Source: Asterias rubens
Taxonomy: Eukaryota
Assembly: GCF_902459465.1 (NCBI RefSeq)
Contig: NC_047064.1
Coordinates: forward strand, 16,244,001 to 16,308,000
Length of the DNA: 64,000 nt
Reading direction: 5' to 3'
Both the position numbers and the translations under genes were made by a program. Shown piece after piece: positions 9,468-21,635 of the stretch; positions within the stretch are counted from its first letter, which is position 1, and every line of letters starts with the position of its first letter. The notes under the pieces were generated by a model. The model was not told the origin of the DNA. It saw only the letters and a list, made by a program, of their open reading frames with translations, and did not search any database.

Positions 9468-12040
9468 ATTAGATTTATAAAAGTCGAAGAGGAAACTTGT
9501 AAGAAACAGTTCTGTGGGTTATTTGTGTGAATTATTCTGTCTTTCACAACACATGAGCAAACATTCAAGAAGATATATCGACGAAATATCGTCAACGAAA
9601 TAATTGGTGGTCAAACAACCGAGTCTCTTTTATATCAATATTCATAAATACCTTAGACAGTTTCGCTATTCCTATTGGTGGAGAGCGCGTCACGTGGGGT
9701 GTTAAACGGTGGATAAAGACCACCTGGGGCTGTTTTTAACCGGTTGTTTTCGGATACGTTTAGATGCATAATACGCGCTAGTCTTGGTGCAAGACGTTTC
9801 TCGTTACGGACGATGCGGGCGCTGTTGGTGAGTTGGCCGCGCTGTGTGTGAAAGGAAAACGAGAAAAGTCTAGCACCAAGACTAATTACTCGCACAAATG
9901 CATGTTCGAAAACTGTCTCAGTCATAAAAATGCAACACACGTACAGAGCTCAAAGACGTCGGAAAACGGATAAGTTTTACATAGTTTCTTACTTTTTTAC
10001 GCCTTTTAAACAAAAAGGCATTTATGAATGGGAACAAAAGAGTAGTGACTAGGCTAGGGCCTTTATCGAATGGCCACGACCCTGGATGGGGATTGGATGG
10101 CGATACTCACGAGCCTCGAAGTGTGACGTCAGATGTTCATGCTATCATTGCAATCCATATTGACCTTCACTACATGTTAAAATGAGCGACAGTCTGTCTG
10201 AAAAAAAATCTGTACGAACCGCAGTGATCAAAACATTAGGGAATGTTAACACACATAAAACATCATTGGAAGTACATCTATACTATTAAAAGCGTAACCC
10301 GCGCCATCTTGGATTGAAAATTATAAGGTCCAGTGGCATGGCATCCTTGTGGAATCCAACACGGTTGTGTCGTTACAGACGTCGGGTTGCAAGTCTACAA
10401 AACCTTGAACCGAACTCCCTCTTACGAGTTGTCTGATTGGCTGGAGTCACGAGCGATATCTCCTAACATGTATGGTTGTCTGGTTTTGATATGGGCCACC
10501 TGTTGGTCGAAGGGGAAGTCGGGGGGGGGGAGCTGTAGGCTACACACAGAGCCACCTCTTTAGGTTTGAAGTGGGTGGCAACCTCGGACTCCCATTAACA
10601 TTCCAGAGTGACTCATTGATGTTTCGCAGAGGGGTAAATGGCATTGTGTATATACCATTTTGTACAAGGTGGTTTAATTTCGCGTGTTAAATTAAAAACA
10701 TTAGGCTTTAATACATGCATCTGTGACATATGTGTTTATTACAATAAAGTCACTCATGTAGGCCTACCCAACTTTTCAGCATTTTTTAAACGCATCAAAC
10801 AGCAACCCATTGTGAAACTTTATTTGTTCCATTTAACTCTGCACCATTAGTCGTACAGTCCATATTGTCATACCCCACACACAGAACGTATACACGCAAA
10901 AGTTGAAACATTTTCAAAAAGAAAGTAAATACATTACTGATTCTTTTCATATACATTGTACAGGTGTTGCCAGTTACACCTACAAAAGAGGATATGAAAT
11001 CACCATTTAAGAATAGTATGCTTTCATAGTTACGAACTTTGTGAAACATCAACGGCTGTTTTGAAGCTGTAAACGAACATTCTATTCAAAGTTCTGAAGC
11101 AACAAAATTGTTAGAACGCAGTTTGGTCCGGACTCAGGATGTAGATTTTGCCAAATCCGTTTTGTATTAGGCAATCGGCCGCCAGGTTTTGTTATCGAAA
11201 GAGCCCTCATGTGCAGCTGAATCGGGTACTTTTTACGAATTTCTCCATACAAAATTAACCAAACTGGCCTACAAACCCTTAAAACAACAAGGCAAATGTT
11301 TTCTGAAAGTGAATTAAGTGAGAGGATGTAGGGGTAGCTGGCATACAAACCCTCAAAATAACTAGGCAAATGTTGTCTGAAAGTGAATTAAGTGAGAGAA
11401 TGTAGGAGTAGTTATTAAAGACCAATAAAATTACCGTTTCTATTATTTTAGTTTGTATAGGGTTTCACAGATAATTATGATAACATATAAAATTGGATGT
11501 TTTATCAGGGGACTTCGTCACGCGGGGCGCGCGCCCCGGCGGATGTTGACCAGAAAGTTTACATGAGAATTAATTGGTATGAGAATAAACTAAAAATTAA
11601 TGAGGCCGACGCTCTGTTTCTCCCAAAAGCGGTGGTAAAAACAGTAGATAAGATGTTGCACAGCATGTTCCGAAAACTCGCTTTGTTTGGTGCTCAGACA
11701 ACTTTGTATGCGTCGTTGGACGTACGCTCAATAAATCACGATGAATGGGGCCTTAGATTCTAAAATCGTGTACACGTCATTGGAAACAAAGCAAAAATCA
11801 TTCAACAGTTATAGCAACCAATCATTAAATACATTTGTTTTCAATACAATTTTGCAGAAATTGACTTTGTCGTTAAAGTCCATACCAACTGGCGCGTTTT
11901 TTTTTATCTGCTGTATACCAGAACTTCTTCGAAGCTTCCTTTTCAGTCAGATAAATTCCGCGGCTATTAGTGGCTGTGATTATGAGTTTGTTTTAAAAGA
12001 GGGTACCACTTTCATACAAGCCTTTTTAGTCGGATTTCTC

Positions 12041-12184
12041 CTCTGCTATTAGCAGCGGTGGTAATTGATGAGGGGGGGGGAGACCAGACTTAGACCACTC
12101 AAATCCGTGGCTATCGGTGACTCTGCTATTAGCAGCGGTGATAATTGATGAGGGGGAGACCAGACTTAGACCACTCAATCCGTG
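12041..12184. repeat. Tandem duplication of an ~80-bp unit
   Basis: CTCTGCTATTAGCAGCGGTG...GAGACCAGACTTAGACCACTCAA occurs at 12041 and 12121. Confidence 0.85.
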
Positions 12185-12417
12185 ATTCCAAATTCAGCGT
12201 GTTATACATTGTCCGATTGGCCCATCTCCATATAAATTAACCAAACTGGACGTCATACGCTCAAAATAACAAGGCAAATGTTTCACAAAGTTCGTAACTA
12301 TAATGAAAGCAGTTTGGGCGGGACTCAGGATGTACATTTTGCCAAGTGTAACTGAATTATTATTACCTGTAAGAATACCTCCCTTGCCCCCACATTACCT
12401 TTTACAACATTTTTATA

Positions 12418-12470
12418 CTAGAATCCTCCTCATCTAGCGGGGTGCCGCGCGAAGCGCGGCATCCCGCTAG
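12418..12470 (-). mobile_element. Helitron-like 3' terminus
   Basis: Minus strand: 17-bp GC-rich stem (CTAGCGGGATGCCGCGC / GCGCGGCACCCCGCTAG, one mismatch, 3-nt loop), 12-nt spacer, then CTAG followed by T. Confidence 0.55.
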
Positions 12471-12519
12471 TACACTGTAATATATGTACGTTGTAACCGA
12501 AAATCGATGGCGAATGACC

Positions 12520-12720
12520 GTCTTCACATCATTCGCTGAAATTTCTAAATTGACCGATTTTCGTAAAGGAGGTGGTGAATAATTACTTGTGAACGTTCCG
12601 AATTTGTTACCAAAGCTTACGAAGACACGGCGGATTTTGCGAAGTTTGAGCGATTGGCAAATATTTCCATTCGTAAGCACATTCGTTAGCATAATCTCCA
12701 CATTTTAAGAGTAGCATAAG
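12520..12720. mobile_element. Fragment of a dispersed repeat, inverted relative to the related copy at 14965-15170
   Basis: Reverse complement aligns to CTTATGCTACTCTCACACTGG...CGCTCAAACTTCGCAA...CGGAACGTTCAC at 14965-15130. Confidence 0.6.
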
Positions 12721-13304
12721 TGCTGGATTAATCCACAGGAAGTACACAAAATGCAGATTGGCAGGCTGCAGGGAGGGAGGGGGGTTGGAAACTTCACGTG
12801 TATGTCAAGTTCGCGCAAGGATGGCTTGTGTAGTAGTGACGTGCGTAGGGACAGCGCGAACTTTGCTACAAAGAACAGATGGCTCCATATGATCAGAGAG
12901 TTTAGCTACCTTTGAAACTTGGATATCAACGGCAACCCAATGTCGCAAAAGTCGTGAAATTTGGATAAAAGTTATAAGCAGTATAGTAAGCAGCGAGTGC
13001 CGCTCAAGAATCACACAGTAAACAACTGGATGCTGTGAAACTAAGCCCAGTGGTAGTTTTCCTCTGCTTAATACCCCCACGCGCATAAGAGTTTGTAAAG
13101 TGCCCTTTTCGCAAAGCCTTGTAAATTCACCATGACTCAGAATCGTCTGCCTTGCTCTAACTCACAATGTCAACCTCTTGTGTTTGTTCGTTTTTTTTTG
13201 TTTTTTTTTAGGTTTTAGGTGTTCGGGCATTCAGCACGTAACACCTCTTATTTTTGTTCGTTTTTGTTTGAGTTTTTCTTAATAATTCTTCTTCTTCTTT
13301 TATA

Positions 13305-13734
13305 GGTGTTTGGCTAACAGCCGACAACTATTGTTGTTGTTATGTTTTTAGCTGAACAGCCGAACAACTATTGCTATTGTTCTGTTTTTAGGTGTTCGGC
13401 TAACAGCCGAACAACTATTGCTATTGTTCTGTTTTTAGGCGTTCGGCTAACAGCCGAACAACTATTGCTATTGTTCTGTTTTTAGGTGTTCGGCCAACAG
13501 CCGGACAACTATTGCTATTGTTCTGTTTTTAGGTGTTCGGCTAACAGCCGAACAACTATTGCTATTGTTCTGTTTTCAGGTGTTCGGCTAACAGCCGAAC
13601 AACTGTTGCTATTGTTCTGTTTTTAGGTGTTCGGCTAACAGCCGAACAACTATTGCTATTGTTCTGTTTTTAGGTGTTCGGCTAACAGCCGAACAACTAT
13701 TGCTATTAGGTGTTCGGCTAACTATTGTTATTGT
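13305..13734. repeat. 47-bp minisatellite with an internal 8-bp hairpin (TGTTCGGC-TAACA-GCCGAACA)
   Basis: Units start at 13391, 13438, 13485, 13532, 13579, 13626 and 13673 (last one truncated), with degenerate or partial units on both sides. Confidence 0.95.
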
Positions 13735-15674
13735 CCTGGGTTTTTTCTCTCGTTCTTTCTCTGAACCTTCTCCAGCAAATTTAAACAAAAGTATGTACAT
13801 AGGCAATAGTGAGTAGATGAAACCGCCACTTTTTTGGAATGATGACGTCATTGATGACGTCATGACAAGGTTTTTAAAGTTGAACAAATTACCATTTTGC
13901 TTGTTACTGTATCTCACCGAATATAAAAGCTATGATGTTCATACTTAGGCATCGGATAGATAAAGACTTGGGCAACATTTGAAAAGTTAAAGCCAAAGTC
14001 GTACGATTTTAAGTTTCGGGTCGGGTAACGACCTGGCCTTCGTTTTTTGTTCATCAGAAAACAACTTTCGAGCTTATCTACGGAATAACTCAAGATTGAG
14101 ATTGATTTGACATTAAAACTCAACAGATAGTTGAACCTTAGTATAAAGACACCACAGACTCAATTACGTCACAATGGCGTCATCTGGCATTAAATTACAA
14201 TAAATCAAAGTTTACAATTTGTAAAAATCATATGGCGCGAACTTTTTGGGGAATTCCCAACAGCGCTCTGTTTGGTCCAACGAAAGACGGCGCTGTTGGG
14301 AATAAAGATTTTAGAAAAATTTCACAGAAAGACAAATATTATGTATCAACTAAACTTACAAAAGAGGCATACAGAATGGTCATAATGGGGGCAAACGCCG
14401 AAAAGCAGAGCTTGAGGAGCGATGCCTTAATACAGGACAGAAACAAAACAAAAAGGAAAAGTTTAGCCTCATATTCATGTCCATATTTTATTTATCGCCT
14501 GTCTCCATGCCCAAGCCTCTGAATTTAAAACGTTTTTTTTTCTCGACATACGCGAGAAGAAGTATTGAAGGTGTCGTCGGCTGATTTAAACGCAAGAAAG
14601 CCAGCATGATAGTGTTTTTCTTCATACGTCAATAACTGGTTGTCTTGGAAACAGTTTTTGTTTTCCTGATCGAGTACAGTTTTGAGTTTCAATACTTCAT
14701 GTCCCCCTCATTTACGTCAACGTTTCTATTTCTACAAACTCCTATATATGTCAATATCCACAGATTTGCTTGCTGCCATACTCAAATTGCCAATTACCCG
14801 ACTCGGAAAATGAAAAGTGATTACTAAAGAAGCCCCCCCCCCCCCCCCACACACACACACACACTCTGCGTTAAAGACACTGCTGGACACCTTTGGTTAT
14901 CAAAATTCGTAGCTTGAGAGAAAGTTGTTGCGAAGGTCTCCATTATAGAACATTAATAACGAGGTCTTATGCTACTCTCACACTGGGGAAAATATGCTAG
15001 CGAATGGGCTTACGAATGGAATTATCAATTATTTGACAATCGCTCAAACTTCGCAACATTCGCCGTTTTTCACAAGCGTTGGCAACAATTTCGGAACGTT
15101 CACTAGTCATTCTCCACCTCTTTTCGAAGATCACTCAATCAAAATGTGGCGAATATCCTTGCGATTAGGAATAAATTACTGCGAATAAAATTGTTTGCCT
15201 TCGCGGTGAATTCGCCAAACAGTTGCGATTGGACGGTGAATCTTTTCATCTTGGTCACCCCTCGGTCGTCTCTCGACCTCTCCTTAAAAATATATGATGA
15301 ATGCTTTACCAACGCTTGACAATGCTAGCCAATGCCTTACAAATAGGCAACGAACGTTGCGCACGTCGCGACTGAGCTTACTAACAATTTCAAACAAATG
15401 AAGCGATTGCTAGCGAATGTTACGAATGCTTGCGAATGCTTACGAAAGGGCTTACAAAATTTTACTGTAAATTTTTGAAACTTTTTAACTTTATCATATA
15501 GAACTTCGTGAATGAATAGTTTCGGCAAGTTTTCACAAAAAAATATACTTTGTAGAATCGGAACATGAAGTAAATTGACGGAATAGCTGTTTCATTTTGT
15601 GCAAAAAGTCAATTGTTTAGTTTGTTTAGTATTTTGACCATTTGAAATGTTTATACAGCTACAGCTGAGTATTA

Positions 15675-16040
15675 CATGCATTGGACACGTAAGGTAAATG
15701 TCTGTCAGAGACCAATGCTCGCTTTGTGTATCCTAACATTGCATCAAGTAACAAACCTGTGTATTTTGCCTCAATTGGTAATCGAACTTGCAAAAAAAAT
15801 AATGCAAACAAAGCACATCCTTGTTGCATAGCTTTCAGATGCATGATAAAAAACTCCAGGCTAAAGTATTTTATTATTTGAGTAAGAAAGTACCTCTTTC
15901 TCAAAAACTACGTTACCTCAGAGGGAGCCGTTTCTCACAATGTTTATACTATCAACAGCTCTATATTTTGCTCGTTACCTTGTACGTTTTTATGATAACA
16001 ATCGTTTTGAGTAATCACCAATAGTGTCCAGTGCCTTTAG
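15675..16040. mobile_element. TTAA MITE, family A-related subfamily (paralog of 3721-4083)
   Basis: CATTGGACACGT...ATAGTGTCCAGTGCCTTTAG. Confidence 0.7.
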
Positions 16041-16672
16041 CACTATAATACATGTGATAAATATGAACCTTATTTAAGGCATAGGGCAGTGAAAAGGCAT
16101 GTCCATTTAGTTTATTTTCCTTTGTCAAACACCATATTATTATCAATTTCTGAGTCGGTAAGTCAGAACTGTGAGTTTCTTGTTGCTGTCTACTCAGTTG
16201 GTCTGAGTGTGCAAAAATATATCTTGATTCATCATGTTTACTAGTGAGCAACGAGATCATCCTTTACATTGCTTACCGCTAAATTATACCTTTACGGTGC
16301 ACCCTGTAAAGATTTTAACTGTAATGAGCCGTGAGCGCAAAGTCCGTGTTAAAGAGCGCCCTCACACCGTCCAAGCGCCCCATCCAAAGGCCCGACGAAA
16401 GGATAAATACGGGGACTTCCTTTTCAGAACCAGCAATTGATTTCATTTGATGCTATGATTTCATTGATTAAACGTGCAGTGACGTAAGCTTATATCTGTG
16501 TTCTGATGGGTCCGAAGTGAGCTTTGGCAGCTGCATATTGCTGTCGTCTGCATATTATGAATCTTGGTGAAATGTGAAGATCGACGGGGATTGACCAACG
16601 CTAGAGGCCACTCTATGGCGTTTTTCACGAGCCTCGAAGTGTGACGTATTGATGTCCAGGCTAGTTTGGGCT

Positions 16673-17011
16673 TAGACTGGGCCCATGTCTTTATCCGCAC
16701 GGATCAAGACAGGTACTTTCTATTCAGAGCCAGTAATTCCATTGGATACAATGCAGTGACTAATATGCAGTGACGTCACAGACCATGCAAAACACAGATA
16801 TGGAAAGCTTAATTTTCGGTCGTCTGCATGCTGTGTACACAATGTGTATAATCACAGTACATGCATGTACATGCAATGCACTTGCATGTAAGAATTATCT
16901 CTCTGAAAATTAATGTATAGGTGAAACGTGGAGATACCCGACGGCTGGAGGCCAGTCTCTGGCGGTTTTCACGAGCCTCGAAGTGTGACGTAATAGAATA
17001 TGTCTAGGCCA
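16673..17011. mobile_element. TAG...CTA element unit 2, paralogous copy without the GGTGCG MITE
   Basis: GTTTGGGCT at 16664-16672 and 17012-17020; preceded by an element end GTCCAGGCTA. Confidence 0.65.
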
Positions 17012-17828
17012 GTTTGGGCTGAGCAAAGAGAGTACCTTATGTCAGAAATTCGTTGACACTAGGTGGCAGCAGACTTACTTATGCAAACAAACTACAACTG
17101 TGAAAAAATAACACTTTTATACACAATGTGCTATCTGAGGCTGAGAGAATTGTCAATGTTTTTAAAAGTATGTTGCTAGGTAAGATTAACGTGATGCACT
17201 ACGTTGCAACATGTGTCTATTTGTAGACCGCCCTCTTGTGGGGGTGTTCTTATGAAGAGACACTTCCTCCTCGTTTTGATTTTAGGGCGGTAATGAAGAC
17301 TTGATTTGACTAGAAATGTCATCCAAGAACACTCAATTTCAATAATTATTGCTAAAGTTGGGTGAATTTGTCACTTGATTTCTCAGGCTCAGATATAAAG
17401 TCACGTGATCATGACATCAAGTATTAATTCGCGTCGTGTTACCTATTACTACAAATGAACCAAATTAAACCCCAATTATTTACAATTATCTGTGAGTAAA
17501 CATCTAACAAAAAATAATGCAGACACATAATATTCACATAGTGGACCAAACGATCCGATATTAAAGCCTGATCTATACGGTTTTTTCAAACGAATCTCTT
17601 GTGCTTTTTAAACTGAATATAAATACTGCCGAATAAATGCCTTGGCAAAGTGGTTGAAAACATTTTCTAGACGAAAAATAAAAAGCCAATTGTTATATAT
17701 ACAGCCTCTTTTCTCTGATTGTGCTAAAATTGCTTTTGGTTTGTAGTGTGTACATACTGTTTAAAGTACCAAAGGGGTACATTAATCCATTGTTCAATGA
17801 GTCGTTTTCGTCGTGTTAGCCAATTACA

Positions 17829-17976
17829 TTAAAGACAGTGGACACTATTGGTAATTAATATCATAAAACCTTACTTGGTAACGAGTAATGGGGAGCTGTT
17901 GAAAGGATAACACGTTGTGAGAAACGAATCCCTCTGAAGCAATGTAGTTTTACCAAATAGTGTCAACTGTCTTTAA
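17829..17976. mobile_element. TTAA MITE family A, internally deleted
   Basis: Both termini and TTAA retained; ~240 bp missing relative to 6732-7116. Confidence 0.8.
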
Positions 17977-18442
17977 CTAAAATTATGTATAAAAAACAGC
18001 GGACATAATGTTAATTAACATTTTTATTCTACCTCTAATAATTCACTGTAGTATAGAGTGCACATTTGTGTATGGAGTGCGAAAGAGGTAGGCCTACATT
18101 AGTTCATTTTTCGCAAAACGATGATGTCATAATAGATCGATGACACGTAACGAACAAACGGCGGACTTGATGTTTATAACGTCTCAATTCGGCCGAAACC
18201 AAACAAGGACTTAATGAGAAATGAGATATTCTTACAGTTTTGAAGAATCGACTCTTTTTAATTCTCTCAATTAGTATAGACTCACCTTGCAAACAACTTG
18301 TAGAGGTGATATTCTCAATTTCAGAGATCTTGTTGCATAAAAACGGTGAATTTTGCGGAAATCATGATACGCAACATCGACTTGCGGAACTCACTCGACT
18401 TGGGTATCATTGTAAATGATGAAGCTGCATATAATGAAGATC

Positions 18443-18853
18443 TTACAATGGTCTGGTTTCGGTCTGCTGTGTTGGGTTAATTGATAAAGATGGCGTATCG
18501 GTAGACTCCTCTCCAGTACGCACTCGGTTTCGACCAAATCGGCTCCGTACAAGTTGCTTGAGCTGTGCACGGAAATGCTCGTACTTGAAGCAACAAACGA
18601 CTGGATTCACGCTTATGTTACACATGACAAATGTTATAACTGTTGGTAAAAGAATCCAAGAGAAGGTGTTGAGGAATTCAGGACATGAATGGCAAAGAGT
18701 AGACGAAACATCTCGACGGGCGTCCAACAAATGAGAAACACAGAACCAGCGATCAGCAACGTCATTAAGACGTTTCTCTTAGCCTTACTGAAGACACCAT
18801 CTTGCTGATTGGCGTTAGCATTGTCATGTTCGAAGAACGAGGAGTATTCGAAC
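18443..18853 (-). pseudogene. GPCR pseudogene P2 (subfamily B): ICL3-TM7 fragment with frameshift
   Basis: NANANQQDGVFSKAKRNV...FLICWTP, then a 1-bp shift near 18635 to VMCNISVNPVVCCFKYEHF...TETRPL; short deletion near 18826; 5' part absent. Confidence 0.88.
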
Positions 18854-19737
18854 TTGGGCATTTACAGCTTTTTCAAGAGGCTACGCCCGCGATTTTCTCT
18901 CTAATGTAGTGCACAAAACGGTCCATTATTAAAGTGAGATTATAAGCCCATTTTAAATTACTCTGGTGCTTTTTTACCAACCATAGATACGAACTAAATT
19001 ACCGACAAAGTGGTTAAATACATTACAAGACGAAAAATGAAGAGCCTAATTGTCTTCTACATCAAACTCAACAACACATTTTCAGAAATTCCGGGGTACA
19101 AACTATCAAAACATGCACATATTCAAACCACAAGACTATAATAATGTCCTCTGTCGCTATAGTAGTCATTATACATCCTATTTTCTCTGATTGTGCTAAA
19201 ATTGCTTTGCGTGGGTCGTGTACAAATTGTTTGGAGTACCACAGAGGTACAACAATCCATTGTTCAAAATGTAACCCAATTACCGTAACTAGATTACGTA
19301 TGAAAAACAGCTGACATTATGATGATTAAACTTTTTCATTCAACAAATGTTTGGATAGAGTGCATTTTGTCTATGGAGTGCGGAAGAGGTACAACAGTTC
19401 ATTGTTCGCAAAACGATGTTGGCATATAGTAGATCAACAAATTGAACAAACAGCTGACTTTACGTTTTAACGTCTCAATTCGGCCGAAACCAAACAAGCA
19501 GTGAATGAGAAAAATAAATATTCTTTCTGTTTTGAAGAATATTGTCTCTTTATAATTCTCTCAATAGTTTGAACCCACCCAATACAAACAACTTGTAGTG
19601 AGATGATATCTTCAGCTTCAATGTTCTTGTTTGCATAAAAACGGTGACTATTGCGGAAATCATCATACGCAACAGCGACTTGCAGAGCTTGTCATTTACT
19701 CTACTTGGATAACATTGGATTATGATGAATGAAGAAC

Positions 19738-20730
19738 TTACAATGGCCTGGTTTCGGTCTGCTGTGTTGGGTTAATGGATAAAGATGGCGCATCGGTAGA
19801 CTCCTCTCCAGGACGCACTCGGTTCCAACAAAATCGGCTCCGTACAAGTTGCTTGAGCTGTGTACGGAAATGCTCATACTTGAAGCAATAAACGACTGGA
19901 TTCACGCTCATGTTACACATGACTAATGTTTAACATGTTTGGTTTAAAAAGTCTAGTGAAGGTGTTGATGAAGTCAGGACACCAGTGGTATAGAGTATAC
20001 GAAACGCCTGCATCGGAGTCCCGCAAATGAAAAACATGCAACCAGATATCAGCATTGTGGCGATGACGTTTCTTTTAGCCTTACTGAAGACGCCATCTTG
20101 CTGATTGGCGTTAGCATTGTCAAGTTTGTGTCGAAGAACGAGGAGTATTCGAACGTACGAAAACGATATGAAGATCACAGGAATTATATATTCAATGAAA
20201 ATACTGACACAAACCACAATCTTCAACGTAGCAGGACTAATGGATGGATCAAAGCCGCACTTACTCCCATCGATTGTGTAGACGAAGAAAAACCTAAGCG
20301 AATAAGTGAAACCGAAGATCCAAGCAACACACATTGAAACTTTGATCTTGAAGAGTGAGCAGTAGTTGCGGTGTTTGACCGGATAGCACGTGGCAAGAAA
20401 ACGCTCAAGCGATATCACCACCAGATTGTACGTGGATGCTACGCATACACCCCAAACAAATAAATATGAAACAATTAACTTACAGAGAAACACACCAAAG
20501 AAGTTTCTCTCCAAATTCACCAGAAGCGAGCTCTGTTTGATCCCAGTTATAAGAAGAAACACCAAACCGGAGACGAAGTCGATGATGGATTGGTGACGGA
20601 TAAGTCGATTAGTGAAGGAACTGAACTGTTCACGTCTGACCGTCATGACGAAAATCACCAAACCGTTTCCAAGAATGGCTGAGCATCCGATAGCGACGTT
20701 GAACGCTGCAGCAAGATGAACGGTTGCCAT
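19738..20730 (-). pseudogene. Full-length GPCR P3 (subfamily B) with a single in-frame TAA at 19930-19932
   Basis: ORFs 19930..20730 and 19738..19920 are in the same frame (...NQTC*TLVMCNMSVNPVVY); the paralog at 7.8 kb has AAA (Lys) at this codon. Confidence 0.88.
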
Positions 20731-20998
20731 TTTTATTTTAAAGTCCAGCTATTACTTAAACTCAAACAGTATCTGATTGTAGAACTTTATACGACTGTGG
20801 TATATTTTATAGTGTCAGGATCACCTCACAAGATCGAGCATGTATGAGTTTCATGTTAACTTGTATACGGCATTCTCTTCGAAAATGTCGATCCTTATCG
20901 TATTCGAAAAACCAAGGCAGGGTGTTATGAGTCTTCAAACACGAATGTGCAACTAAGCTCACGTCAGTATCTCTAACGGCCAATGCAGAAAATGCTGA

Positions 20999-21005
20999 CT
21001 TTATA
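20999..21005 (-). promoter_or_regulatory. TATA-like box in the shared type-II GPCR upstream block
   Basis: TATAAAG ~270 bp upstream of ATG 20730, at the position homologous to TATAAATA at 40727-40734. Confidence 0.4.
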
Positions 21006-21635
21006 TCCAAAACGTAGCAACCTTGTACCTTTTCATAAGACTCTTCAGAACAGAAAAATTGGATGTCAATTAAAAAGCAATATTGTATTAATTGCTTCAA
21101 TTCATCGGCTTCGATGAATTCCGCTCAAAAGAAACTTAAGTTTTCAATGTTAGAGGTAGCGTGCGTCATTAAAATGAATTAATTTTTGTCGATGGGAAGA
21201 GTGTGTTCAAATGAAAGAAACTGTGATTGGATGTACATGTACATCCATAACGTAGTCCGAAAGTGAATTCAAAGCAACTCGTAGCAGTCCGCTCAAGGTT
21301 CACATAATAAAAAGCAATTTGACTTGATTTTTAGTTCTGGAAAAACGGGAGACCGACCATTGTGAATCCAGATTGCTGTTTAAGGATGCAGTTGATTTGG
21401 ACCCCGAAAACGGAATTTCCTCCATCAAAGTGATGTCAAATGGTCTTCGAATGTCAAGTTGTTCTAGTTGTATTAGTTTTTCCGTTAGATCCAAAAACAT
21501 CAGTGTCCAACGCACCATACGATCAGTTGTGTGGGTTAAGAGAAACTGTTATGAAGAAACCGTTTACACAATCTGACAAGGAGACCATGGACCAATGCTA
21601 GCATCCAAAACCAAATTGCTGTCGGATGTCGGTTC

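Larger units (their letters stand above)
15590..18853. repeat. Segmental duplication, copy 2
   Basis: Colinear with 3640 to ~8010, lacking both GGTGCG MITEs and TAG unit 3. Confidence 0.9.

Noticed and set aside
10300-10620. Possible retroelement coding fragment
   Set aside because: GC-richer stretch, but no recognisable RT, endonuclease or integrase motif in any frame.
13305-13734. CRISPR array (palindromic repeats at a regular period)
   Set aside because: The sequence between hairpins is the same in every unit, so there are no unique spacers; there are no cas genes and the context is eukaryotic. ORF 13609..13917 is a translation of the repeat.
7244-18292. Identical 62-aa ORFs at 7244..7432 and 18104..18292 as a conserved gene
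   Set aside because: The identity reflects the 296-bp identical nucleotide tract; the frame is not preserved in the diverged third copy at ~19.4 kb.
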